A DNA stretch of 63,891 bases, counting the filler, from Octopus bimaculoides (taxonomy: Eukaryota): the NCBI RefSeq assembly GCF_001194135.2. It is 8 parts of 6 records of this genome, joined end to end, with 100 filler letters (N's around TTAATTAATTAA, not from the genome) between each part and the next. Parts side by side here need not be neighbours in the genome. Positions count along the whole stretch, not along the records: positions 1 to 18,870 come from NC_068984.1; 7 more parts are not named here. One strand, written 5' to 3'. The position numbers and the translations under genes are program-made. How positions within the stretch are numbered: the first letter of the stretch is position 1; each line of letters opens with the position of its first letter. Shown here one piece after another: positions 1-11,860 of this stretch. The notes under the pieces are model-generated. The model did no database searches and was not told where the DNA came from. It worked only from the letters and a program-made list of their open reading frames with translations.

Positions 1-37
<37 letters not shown>

Positions 38-68
38 ATTTACATATATATAAGCATATATATGTGTA
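1..68. repeat. (TA)n/(TATG) microsatellite
   Basis: Direct dinucleotide run abutting the 5'-truncation point of the LINE. Confidence 0.95.
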
Positions 69-1860
69 AGGATCAGTGAGATACTGAATGACCAGTTCAA
101 AAGTGTCTTTACCACCCCGTTGGAGCACAGACAAGTGAACGAACAAGTGGACTTCTTTGCGGCCTCACCTATAACCAGCGTGGCAGTTACGATGGAATGC
201 ATCAACATTAGCAAAGAAGATATGCTACTATCCATAGATGAATTGGACACAAACTCAACTGCTGGTCCTGATGGTTTCCCAGCAATCCTCCTCAAATCGT
301 GTAAGTATGCCCTGGCAAAATCCCTCCAGATACTCTTTCAGAGCTTTCTTGCAAATGGCAGACTACCAAACAAGCTGAAGGAGGGAATGATATGCCCAAT
401 CCATAAAGGGGGAAGCAGAGCAGATGCCAAAAACTATAGGCCTATCTCTCTGACTTCACTCATCAACAAAGTCACACAGCTAAGCATAGTCAGAGGGAAA
501 CTAATCGCATTCCTTGAAGAAAATAACTTGATGAGTGATACTCAGCATGGCTTTCGACCAGGCAGGAGCTGCCTGACCCAACTCTTACAGCATTATCACT
601 GGGTGTTGAGGCAGTTACTCAACAACTCAAATGTGGACGTAATATACCTTAATTTTGCCAAAGCTTTTGACAAAGTGGATCATGGTATGATATGCTGCAA
701 ACTACGTGACTTCGGCATAGCTGGAAAACGTGGAGAGTGGTTACATGACTTTCTGAAAGATAGAAGTCAGGCAGTGGTGGCTAATGGAGCCACCTCTATG
801 AAAATTCAAATAGCGAGTGGTGTTCCACAGGACACTGTCTTAGGACCACTGCTTTTTATAGTGGCCCTTTCAAATATGCCCTCAACTGCCCGAATAACTA
901 CCCTTGCAAGCTATGCATATGATACGAAAGTCTCACAGAAAATACAGAACCCCAGCGATGTTGGACATCTGCAGCAGGAGTTGGACTCAATTTACAGATG
1001 GGCTGAGGATAATAATATGCAGTTTAATGCTGAAAAATTCCAAGCCCGGCGCTACCAGCTTCCCAAACTGAATATGAAACTTACAGAGTACACTGGCCCA
1101 CAGGGAATTTCAATCCCAGAACCTAGATCAGTGAGGGACTTGGGTATCGACATGAGTGATGATACCTCTTTCCAAGTGCACACTACCAGGATGGCGACAA
1201 AGTGGAGACGACTGGCTGGCTGGATCCTGAGAACATTCAGAACCAGAGATAAAGAAACCATGATGGTCCTCTGGAGGACATTCGTCCACAGCCGCCCGGA
1301 TTAATGCTCACAGCTATGGTCACAGCGGGCCTTGAAGCAATTAACAGCGGACCTTGAAGCAATACAGAGAAGATCGTCTCTTTGCAACTGCTCAGCTACT
1401 GGGAAAGGCTGAAACAGCTAAGACTCTACCCCCTGGAGAGAAGGCGGGAGAGGTATGCAGTAATATACATCTGGAAGATCCTGGAAGGAATTGTGCCAAA
1501 TTTTGGCATTGAAATGCCAGAACGGAACGACACTGCATTGTGCCAAAGATCCCAGCAATGCCATTGCGATTCAGGACCAGTTACTACAACAGCCTGGGTT
1601 TCAGGGGCCCACAGCTTTTTAATATTCTTCCAAAGAGCCTGAAGAACCTGCACAAAGTAGATGTAGGCGTTTTAAAATCAAAGGTGCACCTCTTCCTGTC
1701 GAGAATCCCAGATGAACCTATCTCAAATGAGGGTAGCTACATCAAACTCCATTCTTCACCAAATGCCAAATATTGGAGGAGGATCTCGGTAATAAAAGTG
1801 TAACAAAACGGCGGTGCATCAGCATAGTCGCAGCTCTGAGCTGAAACAACAAGAAAAAAG
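69..1860 (+). mobile_element. 5'-truncated CR1/L2-group LINE (RT pseudogene plus 3' tail)
   Basis: ORF 120-1304 has the non-LTR RT motifs NYRPISLTS, QHGFRPGRSC, YLNFAKAFDKVDH, GVPQDTVLGPLLF, YAYDTK (YADD site mutated) and SVRDLGI. The C-terminus continues across stops and frameshifts (YWERLKQLRLYPLERRRER, SLGFRGPQLFNILP). It ends in a stem-loop tail at 1810-1860. Confidence 0.92.
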
Positions 1861-2225
1861 GCATAACTACAGAGTTCTACCCCCCAAACTTGGGAAGGTC
1901 ATAACTTTCAGAAAAATGAATATTTTTTAATGAAATTTTCTATGCTTATTGTATTTATTATGTAGATCCGGAATATACAAAACTTTCCGGTGAAAGTGTT
2001 TTGGAATGGGGGTGGGGGACAATTTTCGGAAATTCCAACAGAGTCCACTTAAATTCTTCGTAACTTCCATGAAAATTAATATTTTTTCGTGAAATTTTCT
2101 ACAAATATACCTTGATGTATGTACATTTCAAGCATGTAGGAATTCTGAAGGAAATAACTGCAGGTTATTTTTGAGAAGTGTTCCCCACTCGGTGGTGTTT
2201 CGGAATAAGTCGTCCATAATTGTTT
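1861..2225. mobile_element. Unclassified DNA-transposon-like relic
   Basis: A motif TAACTT(T/C)CA-GAAAA-T-AATATTTTTT--TGAAATTTTCTA occurs twice about 160 bp apart (~1901-1942 and ~2061-2101). No TIR or TSD resolved. Confidence 0.35.
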
Positions 2226-2339
2226 CATTTTTCTCTATTATGTTCATATACATATATATATGTATATATCCATATATGTATATATATATATATGTATGTA
2301 TATATACATATATATATATATGTATATATACATATATAC

Positions 2340-2372
<33 letters not shown>

Positions 2373-2910
2373 TACATATNNNNNNNNNNNNNNNNNNNNN
2401 NNNNNNNNNNNNNNNNNNNNNNNNNNNNNNNNNNNNNNNNNNNNNNNNNNNNNNNNNNNNNNNNNNNNNNNNNNNNNNNNNNNNNNNNNNNNNNNNNNNN
2501 NNNNNNNNNNNNNNNNNNNNNNNNNNNNNNNNNNNNNNNNNNNNNNNNNNNNNNNNNNNNNNNNNNNNNNNNNNNNNNNNNNNNNNNNNNNNNNNNNNNN
2601 NNNNNNNNNNNNNNNNNNNNNNNNNNNNNNNNNNNNNNNNNNNNNNNNNNNNNNNNNNNNNNNNNNNNNNNNNNNNNNNNNNNNNNNNNNNNNNNNNNNN
2701 NNNNNNNNNNNNNNNNNNNNNNNNNNNNNNNNNNNNNNNNNNNNNNNNNNNNNNNNNNNNNNNNNNNNNNNNNNNNNNNNNNNNNNNNNNNNNNNNNNNN
2801 NNNNNNNNNNNNNNNNNNNNNNNNNNNNNNNNNNNNNNNNNNNNNNNNNNNNNNNNNNNNNNNNNNNNNNNNNNNNNNNNNNNNNNNNNNNNNNNNNNNA
2901 TAAAGAGAAG

Positions 2911-2958
2911 GTCTTACAGCTGTTTCCGGGATATTTTATATATGCATTCATCGGAGAC
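2911..2958 (-). ncRNA. Minimal type-I hammerhead-ribozyme-like motif (U4C core variant)
   Basis: Minus strand reads GTCT-CCGATGA-A-TGCATATATAAAATATCCCG-GAA-ACAGCTGT-A-AGAC. Stem I is GUCU/AGAC, stem III is the palindrome ACAGCUGU, the cleavage triplet is GUA and stem II is partly degenerate. Confidence 0.6.
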
Positions 2959-3439
2959 GGTGTGAGAAAATAGTTAAGCAATAGTTATTCTAGATAAGGT
3001 ATGAAATAGAGAGTGAAGTGGAGGAATGAAAATAGACGTGAGACATGCAGGGATATTGTATCTGCAGTTCCATTATTTAGGCAGAATGGTATACATATAA
3101 GATTCCATTGCCTTGTGAGTAAGTTCCAATAGTATTTAAAATTGGTCATTCCAAGCATAGAAGTTGTAAACGGTGTTATTGAATCGAGGGTTTTTATTTG
3201 AAGTGAAATCTTTGTGAAATGTTTCATAGACTTGGATTTTTATCTCATTCTGTTAATTTTTATATATATATATATATATACGCATGCTGATATATGGCCT
3301 ACGTTGGACTCCTCATTTGCATAATCACCGAACCTGGAGCTTAACTATAGTCTTTCCATAGCACTTACTCAGCATTACCTGACACCTTTGGGTCTTCTTG
3401 ATACCATTACCTCTCATAACCTCAATATATATGTGTGTG

Positions 3440-3485
<46 letters not shown>

Positions 3486-3491
3486 TGTATG

Positions 3492-3541
<50 letters not shown>

Positions 3542-3799
3542 ATATAAGGATAAGCAATTTAGATCAATATATAAAGTATATTGAATATATGAAATACAAA
3601 AATGTATATATGTATACATATAAAAAAAGGTTCGACTTACACGATACAAAGGATATAGAGAATTAAAGGGGTTGAAGAAATGTACTACAAATCCAAGAGC
3701 TGCTTCTTGGGTCTCTATGATCCATAATAATATTTGAGGATTGATTCCATCATAGGATGAGACGAGCCTCCGTCTTCAGGGAAGAGATTTTACAATCCA

Positions 3800-4030
3800 A
3801 GGAATCTAATGCTCTTAGCTTAGTTTTTCCTTGGGGCTGGCGAGATTGGAGCAATCTCGAGTATAATCAGCCGAAATTGCGAAGATAGTCTGGTACTCGA
3901 CTGAGGAAAGAAAACTCCGAATGACCCGTCCTTGTTTTCTTTGTATCGTCTATCTGGATGTTTTGTTGTCCCATTTTTGTATCACCTAACTGTCTGGATG
4001 TTTTGCGTTCCTGTCCCATTTTGTATCATA
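3800..4030. repeat. Unclassified interspersed repeat with internal tandem duplication
   Basis: TCTGGATGTTTTG...GTCCCATTTT(T)GTATCA occurs at 3953-3984 and 3993-4028, followed by (TA)n. Confidence 0.4.
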
Positions 4031-4545
4031 TATATATATATATAGTTATGTTATATTATGTTAAAAACGTAGTAGAGTACAGTATAAAGCTCGTCCACCT
4101 TAAGATTTCACTCTACTTTGCGTAGAAACAATTGTAGTGATTGCAAATAAATGTCCAACCGTACTCATTCTTGCTGACTTCAACTTTTCAATTATATATA
4201 TGTAGTAAATCTTAGACAATTCTTATGAAATTTATTCATATAAATTACTTTCCATTTCATTATATATTTTTACGTTTTGCAGTACATAACAAAACATTAT
4301 TTTAGTGAAATGATGAAAATCTAAATTTAGTATTTCTGCTACATTACCAATAGCAGTTATTTATGCAGCCATCATTTGCTTGTCTCCAGTCTTTTGATGC
4401 CGTTATTTTTAACATCTGTTGATGCGTTTCTGTTGAAATATAACTGTAATTAGTCACAGAATTTCAGAGCATAAGCAAAACAAGACGGTTACGTTGTAAC
4501 AACACGATAGTGTCAAGAGATCGCCGACAGCAAACCGAATAGAAC

Positions 4546-4547
4546 GA

Positions 4548-4582
<35 letters not shown>
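4546..4582. repeat. (GAAA)n microsatellite
   Basis: Direct tetranucleotide run. Confidence 0.9.
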
Positions 4583-5080
4583 CGGAAGAAAGGAGTGAGA
4601 GGAAAATAATAAGAAGAGGGAACGAGGGAGAGAAAATGTGTGCGTATTTGTAATAGACGTAGAGAAAAAGATGAGAAAGTGCACATAGAAAAACAAAAAG
4701 AAAATGCACACGCACACACACATACACACGTATGTAGATATAAAGCCATAAACATGTATATGCGTACTTCTATATAATGTAAATGTACACTATGTACATT
4801 TATGCAAATATATATGTGTGTAATTATATAAGGGCGTAAGAGTATTTGCATATATATATTGTGATGCGTTCATGTGGTTATAGAGGCATGCTTAAAAATA
4901 ATGCTTGTGTTTCAATAATAATAGTGCAAGCATCATGCATAGGAATACACTAGTGCGTATGTAATACACACACACACTCATACTTGAATATAAATGTATT
5001 AGTATATATACATATAGGTATAATGATTACAAACGTTCAATATGCATACAGACATATATATGTATACATACACACTCAAA

Positions 5081-5480
5081 CGTGTGTGTGTGTGTGAGTG
5101 TGAGTGTGTGTGTGAGTGTGTGTGTGAGTGTGTGTGTGAGTGTGTGTGTGAGTGTGTGAGTGTATGTGTGAGTGTGTGTGTGAGTGTGTGTGTGAGAGTG
5201 TGTGTGCGTGTGTGTGTGTGTGTGTGTGAGTGTGTGAAATATGAAAGAGTGTAAGGAAACGAAGATGAAATAAAAGGCCATGTTGAAAATCTTGGACCAT
5301 TCTTATTATTCTTGTTTGTTAAATAATACATTCTTAAGAATATATGTGTGTTTGGTGCATGTATGTATGTATGCATGTATGTACGTACGTACGTACGTAC
5401 GTACGTACGTATGTATGTATGTATGTATGTATGTATGTATGTATGAATGTGTGTGTGTGTGTGGAGGTGTGTGTGTGTAT
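5081..5480. repeat. Compound microsatellites (GT/GAGTGT)n, (TACG)n, (TATG)n
   Basis: Runs at ~5081-5236 and ~5358-5480. They explain the His/Thr and Val/Cys ORFs in the track. Confidence 0.9.
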
Positions 5481-6189
5481 GTTTGCATACGTATGTGTGC
5501 ATATGTCTTAAATAGAAACGAAGACATATTTTGTTGGTCATAGCCTTGAGAATATATATAAATATTGACGGAAGAATTACGTCAAAAACTAAATAATAAT
5601 AGGACAAATGTGAACCTGTTGGATCAAATAAATAGGAAACTACCAAAAGTGAAAATATATTGCACGCAATTATACACAGACACGCTTGTATGTTTATATA
5701 TATACTAGTGGAGAAGGTATAGGAATCAACTGAAAGCTTGATGAAGCAGAGTTCAGAGTTAAAAAGAACCCACCACCACCACCACCACCACTAAAGGAAG
5801 CAAAACGGTACTGAATTACGTACCATCTGTAAATTCTCTCTAAAAGATTGCTGCTGGCATGGAAAGATAGGAAAGAATTGCTACTTTGAACTTCCAAAAC
5901 TCATGCAGAATGTAACCTATGGCAAATACAATTTTCACTTTGCCGATAAGGTAGGATAAAACCACATCCAGAGGGACTCGTATCCCAATGCAAACCTGCA
6001 GTGAAGAAGACTATTAAAAAGGTGAATGCAGATGCCGAGCGAGCTGTAATCGTAGAACAGCAGAATTTTTTTATGTATGGCACAAAAGATAGTGAAGTAG
6101 CTGGCATAGTTGCAAACAAAGCGAAACCATGCACACCCACACACGAAACCGCCACAAATAATAAACCCTGGAAGGCCACCATGGTCGCA

Positions 6190-8333
6190 AAGTCAAACAT
6201 CACTGCAATTCTAATAAATATCAGTGGCCATGTTGAACGATCTTTCTGCATGAGACTCATCAATCTGCTGACATAAGTAATGAAGAGATACATAGCAATG
6301 TATGCAGCGCTCTGTATAGACAAAAGAAAAAGAAGTCATGGTGTAGTTGCGTTGTAAATCTGAGAAAATGTCACAAGACTAATCTTGTTGACATATTCAA
6401 ACTCGTTCTGTGCATTTAACTGTACTTTTACAAAGCTGACTAGAAGTCAATTGGAAAACATGCAGCAGCATAATTGGTTTAAAGGTCTCTATGCAAGACA
6501 TCGATATGAAACTTAAAGAATTCATGTCAATAATGCGAGCCGTATAAGGCGGCGAGCGAGCAGAAACGTTTGCACGCCGGGCGAAATGCTTAGCGGTATT
6601 CTGTCTGTCGTTACGTTTTGAATTCAAATTCCACCGAGGTCGACTTTGCTTTTCATCATTTCGACGTCGATAAATTAAGTACCCTCCTCCAAAATTTCGG
6701 GCCTTGTGCCTAGAGTAGAAAAGAATAATGCGAGCCGTATGCATTGAATTTTTCCAGAGAAAGAGAGCTATTACATACAAACCATCATTTCCTAAGACAG
6801 GAAAGTCCTGATAAGATGAAGAATAAAGATCTCCCATCGTTTAAATGAAAAGTTTAATGATAGTGAGAAATTCCTCCTCAAAGAGGCACTCTTAGTAATC
6901 GAAAATTCAGACTCTTATGAAAAGGAAAGGTTAGAAAGAGAAACCAGGGTGGTGGGAAATATAAAAATGAATCCTAAAGCTTTCTGTAGGCTTGCAAAGA
7001 ATTCGTCTCGGCACACTACAAGAAGGGCCACTGTTTGGCGAAGACGGCTTACTAATTGTAAACTCTAGGAGGATAGGATAAGTGAAGTGCTAAATAAACA
7101 ATTGCAAAGTGTCTTCACCACACCGCAAGAAAATATGCAATTAAGTAAGTCTGATGGGTTTTTCAACACCGCAGATCTATATGGGAAAGAGGCAACCACC
7201 GATTACATCGACATAAAAGAGGAAAATGTAATATCAGCCATTAATGAGATGAACTTGAACTCAGCAACCGGCCTAGATGGAATTTCGGCATATCTTTCTG
7301 ATTTCTCTTGTTTGTAAGGTAATGGAACACGTTATCGAAAGAAGGCTGATTACGTTGCTTGAAGAAAATAACAATACACATGTCTTCCGCCCAGGGAGGA
7401 ACTACCTTACACAGTTACTACAACATTATGATTGGGCACTAATACAGCTCAAGCACTCAAATGTGGATGTGATGTATCTCGACTTTACCAAGGTCGTTGA
7501 CAAAGTTGATCATGGAATGATATGTCACAGATTGCGTGACCTTGGTTTCAATGGAGAGCTAGGAGAGTGGCTGCATGTCTTTTGAAAGGCAGAAGTCAGA
7601 TAGTTGTAGCCATGGGCTAGTGAAATCCCAGACTCAGAGTCGGAGTGTGACATGAGAAACAACATGAGCAGTAATGCAACATTCCATGTGGATATTTCCA
7701 AGGTGGCAACACTATATAGGCGAGAATTTGGATGAATCATGAGATTATTCAGGACCAAGATAAAGAATACCATGCTACCCACATGGAGAATTTTCGTTCT
7801 CAGCCTGGATTACTGCTCCCAACTGTGGTCACCGCAGAGCGTCAAACAGGTGACAGAATTTGAGGCAATGCAGCACAACTAAACCAAATAGATTGACTCG
7901 ATGAAACAGGTGGGCTACCGTGAAAGGCTAAAGATATACAGAAATATACATATGGGAGATCCTTGACGATCCAACAACCACTTTTGGAATTGAGAGCTAT
8001 ACCAATCATCAGACTGGGGACACTGCATAGTACAAAAGATCCTGTCTTCCCCATCTGGAATACGGGCCCAGTACAATGTAGCTTGGGTTTCAAGGGTCCA
8101 CAGCTGTTCAACATTCTGCCAAACAGCCTTAGAAATTTGAAAGATGTAGAGGCCTTCAAAGAGTGTCTGGGCATATTTTTACCTGCAGTACCAGATGAAC
8201 CCACATCATGACAGGGGGCACAAAGCAGCATCGTCCAACTTACTACTTCACCAGAAAGAATACAGAAAAGAAATTCAATCACATGAAGGCTGGTTCTCTA
8301 GTATGGACTCAGCTTTTGACTGAAAACAGTAAA
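6190..8333 (+). mobile_element. Older degraded CR1/L2-group LINE (APE endonuclease relic, RT and 3' tail), interrupted by SINE C
   Basis: APE-like relic ETH..DISNEEI..IDKRKRSHGVVA at ~6250-6360. RT motifs include FRPGRNYLTQLL, YLDFTKVVDKVDHGMIC and SLGFKGPQLFNILP. It is paralogous to 69-1860, with a tail at 8287-8333. Sequence at ~5700-6190 may be ORF1 remnant. Confidence 0.82.
6546..6723 (+). mobile_element. SINE family C with 17-bp TSD
   Basis: Head AAGGCGGCGAGC...GAATTCAAATTCC. Perfect TSD AATAATGCGAGCCGTAT at 6529-6545 and 6724-6740. Confidence 0.9.
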
Positions 8334-9284
8334 TGATATATATATATATATANNNNNNNNNNNNNNNNNNNNNNNNNNNNNNNNNNNNNNNNNNNNNNNN
8401 NNNNNNNNNNNNNNNNNNNNNNNNNNNNNNNNNNNNNNNNNNNNNNNNNNNNNNNNNNNNNNNNNNNNNNNNNNNNNNNNNNNNNNNNNNNNNNNNNNNN
8501 NNNNNNNNNNNNNNNNNNNNNNNNNNNNNNNNNNNNNNNNNNNNNNNNNNNNNNNNNNNNNNNNNNNNNNNNNNNNNNNNNNNNNNNNNNNNNNNNNNNN
8601 NNNNNNNNNNNNNNNNNNNNNNNNNNNNNNNNNNNNNNNNNNNNNNNNNNNNNNNNNNNNNNNNNNNNNNNNNNNNNNNNNNNNNNNNNNNNNNNNNNNN
8701 NNNNNNNNNNNNNNNNNNNNNNNNNNNNNNNNNNNNNNNNNNNNNNNNNNNNNNNNNNNNNNNNNNNNNNNNNNNNNNNNNNNNNNNNNNNNNNNNNNNN
8801 NNNNNNNNNNNNNNNNNNNNNNNNNNNNNNNNNNNNNNNNNNNNNNNNNNNNNNNNNNNNNNNNNNNNNNNNNNNNNNNNNNNNNNNNNNNNNATTAACA
8901 AAATATTGTTAATCTAATTTTACATCACCTTAAAATTAAGTGTTAAATTAAACATTAAAATTTAAAAATTATACGTCATAAAGTTAAGAATTAAAAATTA
9001 TAAATTATAAATTATAAAAATGAATTAGTACTCATATATCAAACTTATAAAGTGAAGTATATAATGTCAAATACAAAATGTAAGATATAAAATATACATC
9101 AGAATGAAAATGTCTGTGATTAAACGTGAAAAATGACATAAAAAGTGCAGATGCATATCCTCCTTTGGTGGAACCAAGATGTCTTTAAAAATGGTGATTA
9201 GAGGAAGTGAAGATAGCAGCGCACTACGGGAATTTATAAGTGAGTAGCACCATGAGAACAGTAGCAGTCAAAATGGTGTTGGCC

Positions 9285-10548
9285 GAAAGGAAGGCAAGAA
9301 AAGACAAATGAAATTGTTTTGATATACCCATGGGTGCCCGTGATTCTGCCCAAGTTACCGATCTTGTAGGATTATATCTTCTATCTGAAGTAGAGATAGA
9401 ATTTACGAATATAGAGAGTGGTCTTTCTAGGGACGACCTCCTACTTATAACCAGGAACTGTATTAATAGGTCATTAGAATGCCTTAAGAAGAAAATGTAC
9501 AAGTTCTTTAAGAATTATGGCCTAGTGATATCTATAGAGAACGAACACTATGCAGTAAATTACTTAGACGTCAACCTTAATCTTGTCACTAATAAGATCC
9601 ATCCATTCTATAAGTTGAATGAAAATTTAATGTATATTAGTGCTTTAAGTAACAATCATAGATCCGTTAAAGAAGCTTTAATCGATAATATAAACAAAAG
9701 AATATCTATGCTATCCTCAGATTATGACACTTTTAATAGACATGCCCCATATTAAAAAAAGGCATTAAAAGAAGCAGGATATAGCTCTAATATGAGATTC
9801 TTTAATTATTACGAATACCTTAATAATATAACAGGTAATCCTAGTAATAACTCTAACAGCAAAAATATGAATAATAATAATAGACAATATAAGAAACTAA
9901 ATAAAGATAAAAACAATATAGTTATTATTAATGATTACAATAATAATAGTAATATTGATAATGAGAATATGGTCAATAGTAAGAAACAGTAAATTATACG
10001 AGCGGAGATATAATACATCTAAGAATAAGACTTTAATACCGATGATGTATAATAATGATCATATAAAAGATATAAAAATAAAAAGGATATTATATGGTTA
10101 ATTATTCCGTATGGGGCTCAAGTGATGACTGATATTATTAAGAAAACACTTAAAATTATAAAAATGCCTTTTAATAATGACAACATTTATTCAAATATAT
10201 TTTCCAATAAAAATCATAAGAGTGGGCTACCCAACATCGAGGAATATAGGTAATATCATTTCCTCTATAAATAAGAAATTAAATAATTTTTGTAATAGCA
10301 CAATAAATAATAGCTCTAGCCATAATATAACCGATAGTGATGGGAGTCTTAATCAACAGATAGAAAAAATGTTTATGTCGTGATAAGACTAAATGTAAGC
10401 TCTCGAAAATTTGTAATATTGATAATCTAATTTGTAAATGTATAGTAAGCTCAAGAATAATAATAATAAAATTATAAATAAGGTTTATATAGGATCGACA
10501 GCTAATGAAATTAAAAAAATAATCTCCCAACACTACCAGACTTTCTAA
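9285..10548 (+). mobile_element. Penelope-like element relic (RT, Asn-rich linker, GIY-YIG)
   Basis: RT: FDIPMGARDSAQVTDLVGLYLL, GLSRDD (YRDD site), NYLDVNLNL, YISALSNN and INKRISMLSS. After the linker come IIRVGYPTSRNIGNIISSINKK, a Cys cluster and KVYIGSTANEIKK. There are several stops and frameshifts, and the relic is very AT-rich. Confidence 0.85.
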
Positions 10549-10551
10549 AAG

Positions 10552-10960
10552 GTATCTGAAGAAGTGTCCAAGGAGGTGTTGCATGAGGAGGAGACACTGG
10601 TGAGGACACCTATTGTTTCAGTGAAGGAAGAAAGTTTGGAAATGCAATTGGAGAGTCTGCTCAGGGAGTTGGAAGAAAGGAAAAAGGAGCGGTGCAGAAA
10701 AGGAGAAAACAAATGAGAAAAGGAAAATTTAGATGGAATTTTGTGACGTACACAAAAGCAAAGAAACTGAAAAGAAAGCAGTAAAGTTTAAACATATTAT
10801 AAGAGTTAAGTTGCCCACGGACGTGTATTCCGAGAATGTGAAGGCCATCGTGGTTGACAAAGACACCTAAAACAGACTAAAGACATATGAGAAGTGTGAT
10901 TGTGAAGTTCGATGAATTACCACCAGTAGTGGAGCTAAAAAATTTAGAACCTTTCATGAG
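10552..10960 (+). pseudogene. Unassigned acidic/coiled-coil coding-like relic (possible retroelement ORF1 fragment)
   Basis: My translation gives VSEEVSKEVLHEEETLVRTPIVSVKEESLEMQLESLLRELEERKKERCRK*, then KHIIRVKLPTDVYSENVKAIVV. No family recognised. Confidence 0.25.
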
Positions 10961-11639
10961 GTATTAAAAAGTAAAAAATAGTAAGTAAAATTGTTTTATT
11001 GAAGAAAGAAAGAAAAAAGTAAAATTCCTTCATTTTAAAAAAGAGGAGAAACGAGAAAAAAACAATCAGATAATAGAACGATTGTAAATAATTTATATAA
11101 ACGTTCAAACGGTACATGCAGTCATTTCATTTTTCATTTTCATATAACATCTCATTTTCATTCCTTTTATGTTCTTTTGTCCCCACTGTGATGTCTTTGT
11201 AGTCTCCCCTCTGTGTTGTGGCTGTAGTACCAAAATAAAGAAACATTGGTGGAGGTTTTCGCTCTCTGAGTGCTCTTGTTAATATTGTCAGTAAATTCTG
11301 TACAATTATTTGCATAAATAAGTGCATTCTTGTGGCTAGATGCGTTTATTTATGCAAGTTGGTTTATCCGATTTGCTGAAGTCATTAATAATATTGGCTG
11401 TATAAACAATATCTCTGGAAATTCAAAGAGGACATCTAATAAAATTCTAAATTAAGGTTGAAATTGCTTCGGCTAATTCTTTTTCCCTCCACAAAGATAT
11501 TATGTAAAAGGCAAGTTGTTTACACACAAAGTCTTCACTATAACCTATAGGGTTATTCTGTAGTATACCATAGCATCATAACAAAACAATAAAAACACAC
11601 CAGAAATTTACAATTAGAAGAATCTGCGAAGGATAGGAG

Positions 11640-11860
11640 GAAAATAGTAGTAGTAGTAGCAGTAGCAGCAGTGAGTAAAATCAGCTAATAAGAGAGAAGC
11701 AACAGCTGTAATAACATCATCATCGTCATTAGCAGGAACAGTAGCATTAGGAAACTTAACAGCAGTAACAGCCCGAGCAGCAGCACAAGCAACTTCAGTA
11801 TCATCAACTTCATCATCTTCAGTAGTAGTAGTAGTAGTAGTAGTAGTAGCAACAAAAACA
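11640..11860. repeat. Decayed (TAG/CAG/CAT)n trinucleotide tract
   Basis: Mixed AGT/AGC/ATC triplets. They explain the poly-T/L ORFs. Confidence 0.75.

Noticed and set aside
3725-3790. Minus-strand CTGAAGA-CGGAGG...CCTC-AAATATT as a hammerhead
   Set aside because: It lacks the G of GAAA and has no convincing stem I or III. It could be a decayed copy but cannot be supported from one instance.
3895-3935. Plus-strand CTGAGGA-AAGAAAACTCC-GAATGACCCGTC as a hammerhead
   Set aside because: GAAU instead of GAAA, and the A15.1-U16.1 pair and stem I cannot be formed in register.
5901-6323. 140-aa hydrophobic minus-strand ORF, in frame across one TGA with ORF 5694-5897, resembling a membrane protein or a readthrough case
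   Set aside because: No recognisable family. The plus strand here carries LINE APE-endonuclease relic motifs (ETH, DISNEEI, RSHGVVA), so the ORF is best explained as an antisense shadow.
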